Shown: positions 48,789-59,632, counted from the stretch's first letter. The stretch is 64,000 bases of DNA from an uncultured delta proteobacterium (GCA_963794325.1 CAWCDG010000002.1:96001-160000); one strand, 5' to 3'. The notes: generated by a model not told the origin, from the sequence alone. A program made the numbers and translations.

Positions 48789-49970
48789 ATGGATTTTAAC
48801 TATACGCCGGAAGACCAGGCATTTCGGACCGAAGTGCGCGCGTGGCTCGAAGCCAACAGGAAATTTGCACCGCCGCCGAGCAATATCATGGCCGACGAGG
48901 GCGCGGGCGACTGGGAGGCGCGCGTCAACTGGCACAAGAAGTTGAACGAAGGCGGCTGGGTCGCCGTCAATTGGCCCAAGGAATACGGTGGACGCGGCGC
49001 CACCGTCATGCAGCGCCTGATCTATCGCGAAGAGCTCGGCCGGCTCGGGCTCAACGAGCCGATGATCGGAATGGGAATCAGCCTGCTGGGGCCTACGCTG
49101 ATGCATTGGGGGACCGAGGAGCAGAAGAAAAATCATATTCCGAAAATTTTGAAGGGCGAGGAAGTCTGGTGCCAGGGATACTCGGAGCCGGGATCAGGCT
49201 CGGACCTCGCGTCAGTGCAGACTCGCGCGATCGATGACGGCGACGACTTCGTCGTCAACGGACAGAAAGTCTGGACCTCGATGGCGCAGCATGCCGATAT
49301 GATCTTCGCGCTGGTGCGCACCGATCCCGACGCGCCCAAGCATAAGGGAATCAGCTACCTGTTAATCGACATGCACAACCCCGGCGTCACGGTGCGCCCG
49401 CTGGTGCAGATGACCGGCGGCAAGGGCTTCAACGAAGTTTTCTTCGAGGACGTGCGCGTGCCGAAGAAAAATATCGTCGGCGAGCGCAATAACGGCTGGC
49501 AGGTCGCGATGACCACCCTGATGTTCGAGCGCGGCAGCGGTGGCGGCGAAGGCTATCTCGGCGAAGTGCATGAGCTGGCGCGGCTCGCCAAGCGAATCCC
49601 GCGCAACGGCAGCAACGCGTGGGACGATTCGAGCGTGCGCCAGAAGGTCGCCGAATTCGCGGCCGAGGCGCTCGCGCTTCGATACACCGGCTATCGGCAA
49701 TTGACGCGTCAGTTGAAGGGGATGCCGCCGGGGCCGGAAGGCTCGATGATGAAACTGTGCGGCACCGAGCTCGGCCTCAAGATTGCGCTGTATGCGATGG
49801 AGCTGCTGGGGCCGTACAGCCAGCTGGAATTCAACGCGCCGTTCGCGCCCGACAAGGGCAAGTGGTCGTTCAGGATGCTCGCGGCGCGCGGCCCGACAAT
49901 CTACGCGGGGACGAATCAGATCCAGCACAACATTATAGGCGAGCGGGTGCTGGGACTGCCGAAGGGCTAG
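48789..49970 (+). CDS. Acyl-CoA dehydrogenase (tandem paralog)
   Basis: Same motifs; closely similar to 47504..48694. Confidence 0.93.
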   Translation: MDFNYTPEDQAFRTEVRAWLEANRKFAPPPSNIMADEGAGDWEARVNWHKKLNEGGWVAVNWPKEYGGRGATVMQRLIYREELGRLGLNEPMIGMGISLLGPTLMHWGTEEQKKNHIPKILKGEEVWCQGYSEPGSGSDLASVQTRAIDDGDDFVVNGQKVWTSMAQHADMIFALVRTDPDAPKHKGISYLLIDMHNPGVTVRPLVQMTGGKGFNEVFFEDVRVPKKNIVGERNNGWQVAMTTLMFERGSGGGEGYLGEVHELARLAKRIPRNGSNAWDDSSVRQKVAEFAAEALALRYTGYRQLTRQLKGMPPGPEGSMMKLCGTELGLKIALYAMELLGPYSQLEFNAPFAPDKGKWSFRMLAARGPTIYAGTNQIQHNIIGERVLGLPKG

Positions 49971-49974
49971 GGCG

Positions 49975-50175
49975 CGGGAAGGGGAGATCACTTTATTTAA
50001 TGTGAAACCCTTCGCGGGTTTCACGCTTCCGCGGCAGGGGTGACCCCTGCACCCAGTGAAATCGCAAAATGGCGCGGACGCCATTTTGCTCTCAAGGGCG
50101 AGGGGAGAGAACGCCGATCCCTCCTCGCGATTGTTCCCCTTCCCTCGAGGGAAGGGGTTAGGGGTTAGGTTCTTC
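49975..50175 (+). repeat. Core A element (50002-50058), third hairpin and palindrome
   Basis: gtgaaacccttcgcgggtttcac...gcaaaatggcgcggacgccattttgc. Confidence 0.9.
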
Positions 50176-50291
50176 GAGCGTGCGCGCGATTCCGGATCTG
50201 CCCCGCGCCGCGCAGTTATCCACAATGTTACGCGCGGTTGTCTTTACTGTTACAGCGTTTCGTGGCAGTCTCCCGCGAACGCGCAATTTGT

Positions 50292-51029
50292 ATGCTGCTG
50301 CAACTCACCGCTTCCGCTTATTTTGACTTCCTGCAACAATTCGCTTCGCTCGCTCGCGACCCGATCGGCTACGGCGTCGGAATCCCGCGCGGCGACGGCC
50401 GGCCAATCCTGCTGATTCCGGGATTCACTGCCGGCGACTGGTCGCTGGGCACGCTCGCGCGATGGCTCGGGCGGATCGGATACAAGCCGTACCTGTCGGG
50501 AATCGATCTCAACGTAGGATGTCCGCGGCGCAAGGTGGAACTGGTGGGATGGCGCGCCGAGAAGATCGCACGCGAGACCGGCGAGCGCGTGACGATCATC
50601 GGGCACAGCCTCGGCGGCGTGCTGGGACGCGCAATCGCCGCGTCGAATCCGGCGATCGTGCGCGAGGTGGTTGCGCTGGGATCGCCGATTCGCAACGGAT
50701 GGACCGGAGTACACGATCAAGTCCGTCCCGCGATGCAGGCGATTCAGACATTCTGGCAGACGTTTTCCAGCGCGCCTGAAAACTGCGGGACGATGGAGTG
50801 CTCGTGCGGTATCGCCGAGGCAGTGTTCGCGCCGACCCCTCCACGGGGCCGCTTCAGCTCAATCTACACTCGCCGCGACGAGATCGTGCAGTGGGAAGCG
50901 TGCATCGACGATAAAGGCGACAACTACGAAGTGTCGGGATTGCATGTGAGCTTGATCGTCAATCGCGAGGTCTATCGAATCCTCGGCGCGATCCTCGCGG
51001 GCGCCGCAGTCGAGCAAGCCGCCGCTTGA
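50292..51029 (+). CDS. Alpha/beta hydrolase (lipase-like)
   Basis: ILLIPGF, GHSLGG, LGSP. Confidence 0.85.
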   Translation: MLLQLTASAYFDFLQQFASLARDPIGYGVGIPRGDGRPILLIPGFTAGDWSLGTLARWLGRIGYKPYLSGIDLNVGCPRRKVELVGWRAEKIARETGERVTIIGHSLGGVLGRAIAASNPAIVREVVALGSPIRNGWTGVHDQVRPAMQAIQTFWQTFSSAPENCGTMECSCGIAEAVFAPTPPRGRFSSIYTRRDEIVQWEACIDDKGDNYEVSGLHVSLIVNREVYRILGAILAGAAVEQAAA

Positions 51030-51089
51030 ACCTTTCCCGCCTGTAGTTAGAATCCATCTGTAGTATTCGACCGAAGAGGAGACTCCGAC

Positions 51090-51917
51090 GTGGCAGCATT
51101 TCGCGGTTTTGCCGAGAGCAGGGACGGGCTCAAGCTTCGCTACGAGATTCGAGGGGAGGGCGAGCCCGTCGCCTTAATCATGGGATTCAGCGGCTCGAGC
51201 CGGGGATGGGGTGAGTCGTTCCTCAAGCTGATGGAGCAGCGGTTCAAGATTTTCGTTATCGACAATCGCGGCACCGGCGAGAGCGACAGGGCCAACGCCG
51301 AGTTTACGCTCGGTGACCTGGCGGCGGATATCGCGGCGGTGCTGGATCATGCGAAGACGCGGCGCGCGCATATTTTTGGAATCTCGATGGGCGGGATGAT
51401 CGTGCAGGAATTCGCACTCGCGTATCCGCAGCGCACGCGCGGGCTGGTGCTCGGATGCACCAACTGCGGATCGAGTCATTCGATCCAGGCGGACCCGGCA
51501 GCGCTGGCCAAGCTGATACCCGCGCCCGGCATGGATCCAATCGAAGCGGCGCGGGGCGCATTTTCGGTGGCCTGTGGAAAGGCGTTTCTGAATTCGCAGG
51601 CGGGGCAGGCGATTCTCAATCAGGCGATCGCGGAGATGGGCAATTACCCAGTCACGCCGATGGATACATTGATGCGGCAGGGACAGGCAGTCACCAGGTT
51701 CGACAGTTTCGCGCGGCTTGGACAAATCAAGTCGCCGACACTAATTGTTCATGGGGACGATGATGCGATCGTGCCGTATCCGAACGCGGAAGTTCTTCAC
51801 GGCGCGATCGCGGGTTCGAAAATGCATACGCTCAAGTCCGCGGGGCACATGTTTTTCTGGGAAGTGCCGGACGAAACCGTGCGCGTCGCGGGAGATTTTC
51901 TGGCTGCGGTGAAGTAA
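51090..51917 (+). CDS. Alpha/beta fold hydrolase
   Basis: DNRGTGES, GISMGG, HGDDD, GHMFFWE. Confidence 0.9.
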   Translation: MAAFRGFAESRDGLKLRYEIRGEGEPVALIMGFSGSSRGWGESFLKLMEQRFKIFVIDNRGTGESDRANAEFTLGDLAADIAAVLDHAKTRRAHIFGISMGGMIVQEFALAYPQRTRGLVLGCTNCGSSHSIQADPAALAKLIPAPGMDPIEAARGAFSVACGKAFLNSQAGQAILNQAIAEMGNYPVTPMDTLMRQGQAVTRFDSFARLGQIKSPTLIVHGDDDAIVPYPNAEVLHGAIAGSKMHTLKSAGHMFFWEVPDETVRVAGDFLAAVK

Positions 51918-51934
51918 CCGCGGGGAGGCCTCAC

Positions 51935-52756
51935 ATGGCGAACTACGAAACCGTCATTTACGAAAAGGTCGAGGACAAGATCTATCGACTCACCCTGAAC
52001 CGCCCTGAAAAACTCAACGCGCTGTCGCAGAAGCTGCTCAAGGAACTCGATTCGGTGATGGACGAATACGAATCGAATGCCGAGGCGAGCGTGCTGATAA
52101 TCCGCGGCGCCGGGCGCGCGTTCTCGGCAGGCTACGATTTGCAGGGCACGCAGCATCCGGGGTCAACATTCACCGTCACCAACGATCGGATCGGCCTGCA
52201 GAAGACGATCGAGCGATGGCAGCGGCTGTGGGCGATTAACAAACCGACCATCGCGCAGGTGCATGGCTACTGCCTGGCGGGCGGCACCGAGTTCGTCGGC
52301 CATTGCGATATCGTGTTCGCCAGCGAGGATGCGCAATTTGGGCATCCGGCAGGCCGTTCCTTGGGGATACTGCCGACGATGTCGATGTGGCCAGTCCTGA
52401 TGGGTCCGCGCAAAACGAAAGAATATTTTTTCACCGGCGACTATATGTCGGCGAAAGAAGCGCTCGAATGGCATCTGGTGAATCGGGTTTTCCCGAAGGA
52501 CAAGCTCGAGGAAGAGACGATGAACTATGCGCGGCGGGTCGCGATGGTGCCGGCGGAGCTGCTGATGCTGCACAAGGCCGCGGTGAATCGGTATCTGGAT
52601 ATTATCGGGATTCGCGCGGCGGAGCAGTCGTCGGCGGACATCGACGTGATCGCGCATCAGACCGACACGGTGAAGAACTGGATGAAGGCGAGCCGCGAGA
52701 AAGGTCTCAAGGGCGCGTTGACCGACCGCGATCGTCCGTTCGCGAAGAAAGCATAG
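51935..52756 (+). CDS. Enoyl-CoA hydratase/isomerase family protein
   Basis: LNRPEKLNAL, AFSAGYDL, KPTIAQVHGYCLAGG. Confidence 0.92.
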   Translation: MANYETVIYEKVEDKIYRLTLNRPEKLNALSQKLLKELDSVMDEYESNAEASVLIIRGAGRAFSAGYDLQGTQHPGSTFTVTNDRIGLQKTIERWQRLWAINKPTIAQVHGYCLAGGTEFVGHCDIVFASEDAQFGHPAGRSLGILPTMSMWPVLMGPRKTKEYFFTGDYMSAKEALEWHLVNRVFPKDKLEEETMNYARRVAMVPAELLMLHKAAVNRYLDIIGIRAAEQSSADIDVIAHQTDTVKNWMKASREKGLKGALTDRDRPFAKKA

Positions 52757-52804
52757 CTACATCATCTTGGTAAGGAACCAGGCAAGCAGGAGAGCAAGGG
52801 GACA

Positions 52805-53557
52805 ATGATCAAACGTGCATTGATGGGGGCAGTTGCGTTCCTGGTAGTCGCGTGTAATTCCGGACCGTCGCAAACCCCTGATAACAGCGTCGGCGGCGCC
52901 AACGTAGTCTCGTCGAAGCAAACTCCTATGGCGAAGGAGACGACGAGTCTTTCTCTGGATTGGGGCACGAAGGCGCAAGCGGGCCAGCTCGCGATCGCCG
53001 ACGTACTTAGCTACAGCGGAAAGACACCGACCATCACCGCGCCGGCCGGTTGGCAAATGATTCGCGACGATTCTAGCAAGACGACGCGACAGTCCTTGTA
53101 TTGGCATGCAATCGCGGCGAATGAGCCGAGCTCGGCGACCTGGACGTTCAGCGAACCGGTAGATGCGCAAGGCGCGGTCGTGCTGCTCGACAATGTCGCC
53201 GCAACCGGGCCGGTGGACATGTCCAGCGGCAATAGCGGCGAAGGCGGTTTGATGACGGCCAGATCCGTCGTGACTACCAGCGACGGAGCTCTCATCCTCG
53301 CTTTCAACGCCACCGATTTCGGACGCGACCCTCGTAGCGCGTGCAAAACTTGTGACGGGCTTAATCCACCGCTGCCGGCCGACGTGACCGTGGTCCTGAA
53401 TCACGAGAACACCGCGCTCGAATATTGGATACTGGCTAACTACCAGAGTCAGATGGGGGCCACTGACGATCAAAGCAGTAACATTCCACAGGTCTTCAGG
53501 TGGGTCTCGGCGCAAGTGGCGATAAAACGCGGCGCCCAGACTTCTCCAACGCCGTAA
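52805..53557 (+). CDS. Hypothetical lipoprotein (beta-rich surface domain)
   Basis: Lipobox VVAC; TAPAGW motif. Confidence 0.7.
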   Translation: MIKRALMGAVAFLVVACNSGPSQTPDNSVGGANVVSSKQTPMAKETTSLSLDWGTKAQAGQLAIADVLSYSGKTPTITAPAGWQMIRDDSSKTTRQSLYWHAIAANEPSSATWTFSEPVDAQGAVVLLDNVAATGPVDMSSGNSGEGGLMTARSVVTTSDGALILAFNATDFGRDPRSACKTCDGLNPPLPADVTVVLNHENTALEYWILANYQSQMGATDDQSSNIPQVFRWVSAQVAIKRGAQTSPTP

Positions 53558-53652
53558 TTTGTCGATCGAAAACGATACGGCGCGCTTAGGGGGAGTCACA
53601 CCAACGAAGCGATCCGAGATGAAGCGGACCGATTCGAGCGCGAGCCGCCGCC

Positions 53653-55500
53653 GTGAATAGCGCTGCGAGCGACGAAGCTCGACGCATCTTCCGTCTGGGC
53701 CGGCGAGAGTTCGTGTGGCTCATAGCCGGATCGCTGGCATTCGCGGCGGTGTTCTTTTACCCGGTCCTATGCGATGTCATCTATCTTGGGCCCGGCTTGC
53801 ATGATTGGCTGCTCGCGACACCGCATTTCAGTAACCTGACGCAGCTTCCCAACAACAACGACGCCGATCTGTTCGACCAGCTTCGCTGGGTGCCGTACTA
53901 CACACTTACGCATTTTCACCAGTGGCCGTTCTGGAATCCCTACAAATGCGGCGGGCTGTCGATGCTCGGCAATCCGGAATCGGCCATCGTCACTCCGTTT
54001 CTGCTGATATACCTCGCCGGCGGCCTGCTGGCGGGAATCTTCCTTGAAATTTATCTGCATATCGCGATTGCGTTCGCCGGTGGCTATGTGCTCGGGCGCG
54101 AGCTTGGGCTGGGCACTGTCGCATGCATCGTGTTGGCGGGAATGTTTCCTTCGAGCTCGTGGCTGCCGCTGCATATCGCGTTCGGTCATCTGAATTTTCT
54201 TTCGGCTGCGTATCTGCCGTGGATAATCGCGATGCTGTTTGCGGCTTGCCGGTTAGGGCAAGCATTTCCGGCAGCTATCGGCGGTCTGTTCTGCGCGCTG
54301 ACCCTGACCGAGGGCAACTACGCGTTCCCTTTCGCGGCATTACTGGTTGCGGTCGTCGCGACGACTCTCGCGGTGACCCGGCTTAGCGTGCGGCCGATGT
54401 TAATGGCGGCGATAATCGCGGTATTCGCGGTCACGCTTTCCGCCCTCAAATTAGTACCTGTCGAAGAGATGCTGAAGCTTCATCCGAGGGACTTCGGCGC
54501 CTCGTGGCTTACATGGACGGGAGCGATGACCTCGCTCTTCTCACGAAACCAGAGCGCTTACGCTCCGAGTCCTAGCGTATGGTACATGGTCGAGTATGGG
54601 GGCTATCTAGGTGCACCGTTTATAGCATTTGCACTCATCGGGATGGTTTCCTCGCCGCGGCGTGCTTTGCCTTTCGCAATTGGAGCGGCGGTCTTCTTTG
54701 AATTGTTCATGGGTGACACCGGGCCGCATGCGCTGGTCACCTACCTTCGTTTGCTGCCTTTGGGAAGCAACATTGGAATCTGCGGCCGCTGGGTGATTCC
54801 GCTGGTGTTCTGCGTCGGCGTACTTGCGGCGCTTGGCGCGCAATTCCTATGCGACCATTGGGGGCGATGGGGTCCGCGAGCCGCGGTCGTGATATTGACC
54901 ATCGGACTGGTCGATGCGTGGGTAGTAGGATCGCCCAACTACCGTTATCTCTTTCACTATCACTTCGATCGTCCGCCATCTTCCGGAACGTTCCGTCAGT
55001 ACTGGGTGGAAACTCCGATTACTACGACCTATATATCCCAGGCGAACATGGGTTCGGTAAACTGTCAGGGCTTCGGCTATAACGTACCCGCCAACCCCAT
55101 GCTGTTTGGGTACAACCAGCCTGGATATCAGGGTGAATATTTCCTTACAGGTAAAGGCACAATCTACCAGACTCAATGGACACCGAACCGTTTGTCGTTC
55201 GAGGTATCCGTGCCGTCGCCGACTATGCTGATAGTCAATCAGAACTTCGATATCGATTGGCGAGTGGCTTCGGGAAACGGCACGATGACCTCGGACCACG
55301 GGCGTCTCGCAATCGAGATCCCCGCGGGTCATCAGCAACTGACGATATTTTACAGGCCTCAGCACATGCTACTGGCGTTGTTGATGACCTTGGGCGGCCT
55401 GATTGCATTCATCCTCGTATGGTGGAGCGAACGTTCGCCTGCAATGCGCGGTTCAGTAGTAACCGAACAAGACGATAGCCCGCGCGCCTCGGTGCAGTGA
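53653..55500 (+). CDS. Polytopic membrane protein, YfhO-like putative GT-C glycosyltransferase
   Basis: WPFWNPYKCGG..LGNP, many TMs, PNRLSFEV..NQNFD..W periplasmic domain, final TM. Confidence 0.7.
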   Translation: MNSAASDEARRIFRLGRREFVWLIAGSLAFAAVFFYPVLCDVIYLGPGLHDWLLATPHFSNLTQLPNNNDADLFDQLRWVPYYTLTHFHQWPFWNPYKCGGLSMLGNPESAIVTPFLLIYLAGGLLAGIFLEIYLHIAIAFAGGYVLGRELGLGTVACIVLAGMFPSSSWLPLHIAFGHLNFLSAAYLPWIIAMLFAACRLGQAFPAAIGGLFCALTLTEGNYAFPFAALLVAVVATTLAVTRLSVRPMLMAAIIAVFAVTLSALKLVPVEEMLKLHPRDFGASWLTWTGAMTSLFSRNQSAYAPSPSVWYMVEYGGYLGAPFIAFALIGMVSSPRRALPFAIGAAVFFELFMGDTGPHALVTYLRLLPLGSNIGICGRWVIPLVFCVGVLAALGAQFLCDHWGRWGPRAAVVILTIGLVDAWVVGSPNYRYLFHYHFDRPPSSGTFRQYWVETPITTTYISQANMGSVNCQGFGYNVPANPMLFGYNQPGYQGEYFLTGKGTIYQTQWTPNRLSFEVSVPSPTMLIVNQNFDIDWRVASGNGTMTSDHGRLAIEIPAGHQQLTIFYRPQHMLLALLMTLGGLIAFILVWWSERSPAMRGSVVTEQDDSPRASVQ

Positions 55501-55574
55501 TCAATCTAAAGATGGTCAGGTCGCAGGTTCGGAATCGCCAAGGCTACGGAGAGCTAGCGTCAGTGCGAGTCTGA

Positions 55575-56960
55575 ATGGGATTCAAAATCGAAATTGCCGG
55601 AAGACAAATCAGACTGACCGAGTGGTGGTTGGTTGGTCTGGGATCGGTACTTTTCGCCCTTATATTTTCCTATCGCATGCTCGGACATCTCAGGACCCCG
55701 GGTCTCGCGTGGGACTGGAATGCAAATCTCGAAATGGCTTGGGCCGCATGGTACAGCGTGGTCCGGCTTCATAAGTTCCCGTTGTGGCAACCGTGGATAT
55801 GTGGAGGATACCCGATCCTGGCGCACCCGGAATCGCGCGTCCTTACTCCGTTCTTCCTGCTGACCCTGATCTTCGGCCCCGTCGTAGGACTGCACGTTGA
55901 AGTCATTGCTCACATCGCCATAGGCTGCGCCGGAGCGTACGTTCTTGCCAGGACGTTGGGCATGTCTCCGGTCGGGAGCATTGCTTGTGCGGGGACCTTT
56001 ATGGGTAGCTCCTGGTACTACCTGCACATGGCCGTGGGCCACGTAGTGTACCTGGGCTATGTGTACGCGCCATGGATTGTGGCGCTGTTTTACCTGACCT
56101 CGGGCCTGACTAAAGGCGCTAGCCCAAGGCTCAATGTTATCATGATGCTATGGGCGGCAGCCTTACTGGCTTTGGTATTTTTTGAAGGGGGTACAGTTTA
56201 CCCGCTGCCGCACATCTTCCTGGTGCTCAGTGTTCTCGCGGTATTCCTGGCGGTTCAACACCTGAGCTTTCGACCGCTTATCGCTTTGCTGGGTATCGCG
56301 ATCCTGACCGTGATTATTTCACTACCCAAGCTGATTCCCATGCTGCTTACGATAAACGCCTCAAGACCGTGGCCGCATAATGAGCTGAACCCGCTAAGTC
56401 TGATGGTGCAATTCCTTTTTTCGCGCGATCAAATGGTGGAGCGTGTTCCGATCACTCCGTGGGGATTCTGGGAATACGGCGCATACATCTGCCCTATATT
56501 CGCGGCGTTCGCTGTTGTTGGCGTGCTGTCGAACTTCCGACGTGGGTGGCTGTGGCTGATCCTATCAGGCCTGCTATTTATCACTGCTATGGGAGACGTG
56601 GGCTTTGCAATGGGACACCTGGGAGAATACACCCCCTGGGTCCAGCTCCATCGCTTGCCGCTATGGTCCGAGATGCGACTGCCCAGCCGATTCCTCATTA
56701 TGTTTACGTTCTGTATCGGCGTTCTGGCTGGATTCGGCGCCGACTGGTTGAGCAGCTTCAAGCCGGCCTTGGTGAAGACGGCGGTGATCCTTCTGATTGG
56801 CGCGGCGCTGATCGACAGCTGGCTGGTTGGTCCGCCAAACTTCCATTGGGTTCAGGAATACGCCGCCCCACCCGGAGAGTTAAACGCAACTGTATTTAGT
56901 TTGACCGACAACAATATCCCTTGCGATCAAATTAATCGGAGAGCATCTAGTTCACACTAG
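55575..56960 (+). CDS. Paralogous YfhO-like membrane protein, C-terminally truncated
   Basis: FPLWQPWICGG..LAHP, EYGAY, RLPSRF; similarity to the paralog is lost near 56870. Confidence 0.65.
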   Translation: MGFKIEIAGRQIRLTEWWLVGLGSVLFALIFSYRMLGHLRTPGLAWDWNANLEMAWAAWYSVVRLHKFPLWQPWICGGYPILAHPESRVLTPFFLLTLIFGPVVGLHVEVIAHIAIGCAGAYVLARTLGMSPVGSIACAGTFMGSSWYYLHMAVGHVVYLGYVYAPWIVALFYLTSGLTKGASPRLNVIMMLWAAALLALVFFEGGTVYPLPHIFLVLSVLAVFLAVQHLSFRPLIALLGIAILTVIISLPKLIPMLLTINASRPWPHNELNPLSLMVQFLFSRDQMVERVPITPWGFWEYGAYICPIFAAFAVVGVLSNFRRGWLWLILSGLLFITAMGDVGFAMGHLGEYTPWVQLHRLPLWSEMRLPSRFLIMFTFCIGVLAGFGADWLSSFKPALVKTAVILLIGAALIDSWLVGPPNFHWVQEYAAPPGELNATVFSLTDNNIPCDQINRRASSSH

Positions 56961-56981
56961 TGTGATGTCGCGCAAATCACT

Positions 56982-57180
56982 TTAAGAACAGAGCCCTAAC
57001 CCCTGGCCCCTTCCCCAGGATGGGGAAGGGGATTTGAGGGGTACCGATTCCTTCACGTCCTATCCCCCTCACCCCCTTTTCAGGGTGGAAAGGGGGGAAC
57101 AGAATCAGAAAATTCACGGGAGTGTGATCATGTCCTATCCCCGTCGCCTCTTTTCCCGCGGGAAAGCGGGAAAAGAAATC
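56982..57180 (+). repeat. Palindrome cassette related to 26590-26715
   Basis: aagaacagagccctaacccctggccccttcccc...ggggaaggggatttgagg...gtcctatccccctc shared. Confidence 0.85.
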
Positions 57181-57182
57181 AA

Positions 57183-58778
57183 CTAGAGGTGGACGGCGTC
57201 GCCGGTGCGATACATGTTGTAGTCGGGCTTTCTGACCAGACCCAGGTTGAGACGCGCGATCGCCTTGAATCTCTCTATGCTGAACAGGCGTCCGCGAGTG
57301 GCCTTCCGAATAACTTCCCAGTAATCCTTTGTAAGCGGATCCTTCAGAAGGTTTTGGCCCTGCTCTATGCTGTCTTGATAGCCCGCTGGTATCTGCCGCT
57401 CGAAATGTCCTATGCGCCAGTTGGGGTTTTCAATTGCGGGTAACCGTGCGAGGAGAGGATCGGTCAAAGCGCAGGGATCGATTATATGAACCTTAGGCGG
57501 GTTCCCCATGCCGGCGGCACCCAACCAACCACACTCGAGCTGGATGCTTACAGACATCGGGCGAGGGCTCCAGTCTGGCTGCAACACACTGTCTGCTGTT
57601 TGGCGTCTCACGTTCAAAAGTCCGCGATCAGGAAACATGAAGCCGCGTTCATCAGTGATCCCGTTCGCTGGAATTGAATGATCGGAATAAGACTGGCCGC
57701 TGAGTATCGTGGAATGAATAGAAACTGTTCCTAGAACCGCCACCACCGCGGCAATAGTCGCGAGCGCGACGCCGGTCAGCTCGGTGCGTGCGACGATCAC
57801 ACACGATGCCAAAAGCGTAACGGTAAGGAAACGGCCACTCATAAAGTCGCCGCCAATGCTGACCACATACATCAGGTAAAGGATGATTCCGGCGGCGATC
57901 GCCTTTTGCGCCACGCTTTGACGTAAGGCCAGCATTGTACCAAGTGCGGTGAAGGTCAGAGTGATGGGATCTCTCGACATCGAGTCGAAGAGATAGACAA
58001 AACCTTGCCGTATCGATTCCCCAGCCGGAATTCCGGTGCCGAGCTTCGCATAGGCAGTGTTGGGAAAAGGTGCTCCATAGTAAAAGATGCTGAACAATGT
58101 CCAAACCAATACCGGCATGGCCGCCATCAGGATCAGTCGCCCGGTAGTCCGGAAATCTTCATGCGAGTGCCAAAGGATCAGCAGACAAAATGGAGCAACC
58201 AGGAGCACCAGGTCGGGCCGACATAGATAGGTCGAACTCAATATGGTCAGGCTGAGAGTAGCGAGCCGTCGGTTGCGGGTTTCCAGATATCTGAATCCGA
58301 CCAGCAAACCGCAAATTAAAACAAAGTGTGACAAAGGGCTCTCGAGGCCGGAGGTCGAAAAGTCGACATAAGCCTTGGACAACAGAAGTGCGGTGCCAGC
58401 GAGCATCCCGGACCAGAAGTTGATCGCAATCCGCGAGATCAGAAGCCACAGAGCGCCTAGCGACAGGACGATCGACAGAATATAGGTGGCGGCGAAAATG
58501 TTTCTGAAGATCGGAGTGGTAGCTGCGATGAGCACAAACCACAGAGGGTGGGTAAAGGCCTGGACCCTTTCGTCTGCATTGAAGGTCGGGCCGTAGCCGT
58601 GAAGGAAGTTCATCACGCATCGGAGCGTGATTTCGGCGTCATCAGACATCCACGCAGTCCTGACCAGCACAGCCAGTGTCATTGCGAGGAGCGCGACGTG
58701 GATCGCGGTCTTGTCCAGTTTCCCACCAACCCCCCAAGCGGCATCCGGGGAATTGAGCTTTTCAATTGATGGTTCCAC
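57183..58778 (-). CDS. GT-C membrane glycosyltransferase (arabinofuranosyltransferase AftB-like)
   Basis: SDDAEITLR..N..GYGPTFN..ERVQAFTHPLW, TSGLE, RPD, PFPNTAYAK, GGDFMSGRF, RIGH. Confidence 0.75.
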   Translation of the reverse strand: MEPSIEKLNSPDAAWGVGGKLDKTAIHVALLAMTLAVLVRTAWMSDDAEITLRCVMNFLHGYGPTFNADERVQAFTHPLWFVLIAATTPIFRNIFAATYILSIVLSLGALWLLISRIAINFWSGMLAGTALLLSKAYVDFSTSGLESPLSHFVLICGLLVGFRYLETRNRRLATLSLTILSSTYLCRPDLVLLVAPFCLLILWHSHEDFRTTGRLILMAAMPVLVWTLFSIFYYGAPFPNTAYAKLGTGIPAGESIRQGFVYLFDSMSRDPITLTFTALGTMLALRQSVAQKAIAAGIILYLMYVVSIGGDFMSGRFLTVTLLASCVIVARTELTGVALATIAAVVAVLGTVSIHSTILSGQSYSDHSIPANGITDERGFMFPDRGLLNVRRQTADSVLQPDWSPRPMSVSIQLECGWLGAAGMGNPPKVHIIDPCALTDPLLARLPAIENPNWRIGHFERQIPAGYQDSIEQGQNLLKDPLTKDYWEVIRKATRGRLFSIERFKAIARLNLGLVRKPDYNMYRTGDAVHL

Positions 58779-58969
58779 GATTTGGAAGCTTATCCAGTGG
58801 GGCGCGACTCTTGAACTTTCATTCTCTCACGAGAGGAAAGCCCGAATTTGCGCTGCTGATTGCTTAAGTGAAATAGACCAGACAGTCAACGACGGGGTTC
58901 GGCAGGGGCCGCGCGGAGTCCTTAGCTCGCGACGGATGTGATATTTGTTCGTGGTCGAAATTGCGACCT

Positions 58970-59632
58970 ATGGCATCAGGGGAGAATAGCGGCGCGGACC
59001 GCAGGGTGTTGACGCGGGACCTTGTGCTCGCGTCGATCGTTGGATTTATGACGGGGGCGCTGGCGATTCCGGTTGTGATCAACCTCGCGATCGGCGCGAC
59101 CGTCAGGATCCCGCTGATGTACTTGCCGGTAGTGGGCGCCGCGCTGTTCGTATTGGCGCTGCTGGCGGCGAGTTTGATTGCCAGCCGGGTGCCCTCGTTG
59201 TTCGAATTTTCGAAATTCGCGGTGGTCGGAGTTTTGAATTCCGGCGTCGATTTCGGAATCCTGAATTTCCTGATGTTGATGACCGCCGTGTCGTCGGGCG
59301 CCGGCTTTCTCGCGTTCAAATCGATCTCGGTGACGCTGGGAGTGGCCAACAGCTATCTATGGAATAAGTACTGGACCTTCAATACGTCGAGTTCCGCGGA
59401 CGCGCGTCGCGAGTTCGTCGCCTTCATGGTAGTGACGTTGATAGCGGTCGGAGTCAACGTGGCGGGCGCCGACGTGATCGTAAACGTGATCGGCGCGCCG
59501 GCCGGATTCAGCCTCAAACTGTGGGCAAACATCGGGGCGATTTCCGGCGCGGGATTGACGCTGTTCACGAATTTCTTTGGCTATAAGTTTTTCGTATTCA
59601 GAAAACCTGCTGTGATTGCATTAGAATCCTGA
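58970..59632 (+). CDS. GtrA family flippase-like protein
   Basis: KFAVVGVLNSGVDFGILN, NSYLWNKYWTF, NFFGYKFFVF. Confidence 0.9.
   Translation: MASGENSGADRRVLTRDLVLASIVGFMTGALAIPVVINLAIGATVRIPLMYLPVVGAALFVLALLAASLIASRVPSLFEFSKFAVVGVLNSGVDFGILNFLMLMTAVSSGAGFLAFKSISVTLGVANSYLWNKYWTFNTSSSADARREFVAFMVVTLIAVGVNVAGADVIVNVIGAPAGFSLKLWANIGAISGAGLTLFTNFFGYKFFVFRKPAVIALES

Noticed and set aside
50216-50224. Perfect DnaA box TTATCCACA
   Set aside because: Single copy with no cluster or origin-associated genes; insufficient for oriC.
22371-50225. ORFs containing 'VKPAxGFTLPxxGVTPAPS'
   Set aside because: Translations of the core A repeat, not a protein family.
4019-53599. Long antisense or overlapping ORFs (e.g. 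4831..5919, 9438..10409, 16282..17241, 26668..27597, 52757..53599)
   Set aside because: Shadows of real genes in high-GC DNA with no motifs.
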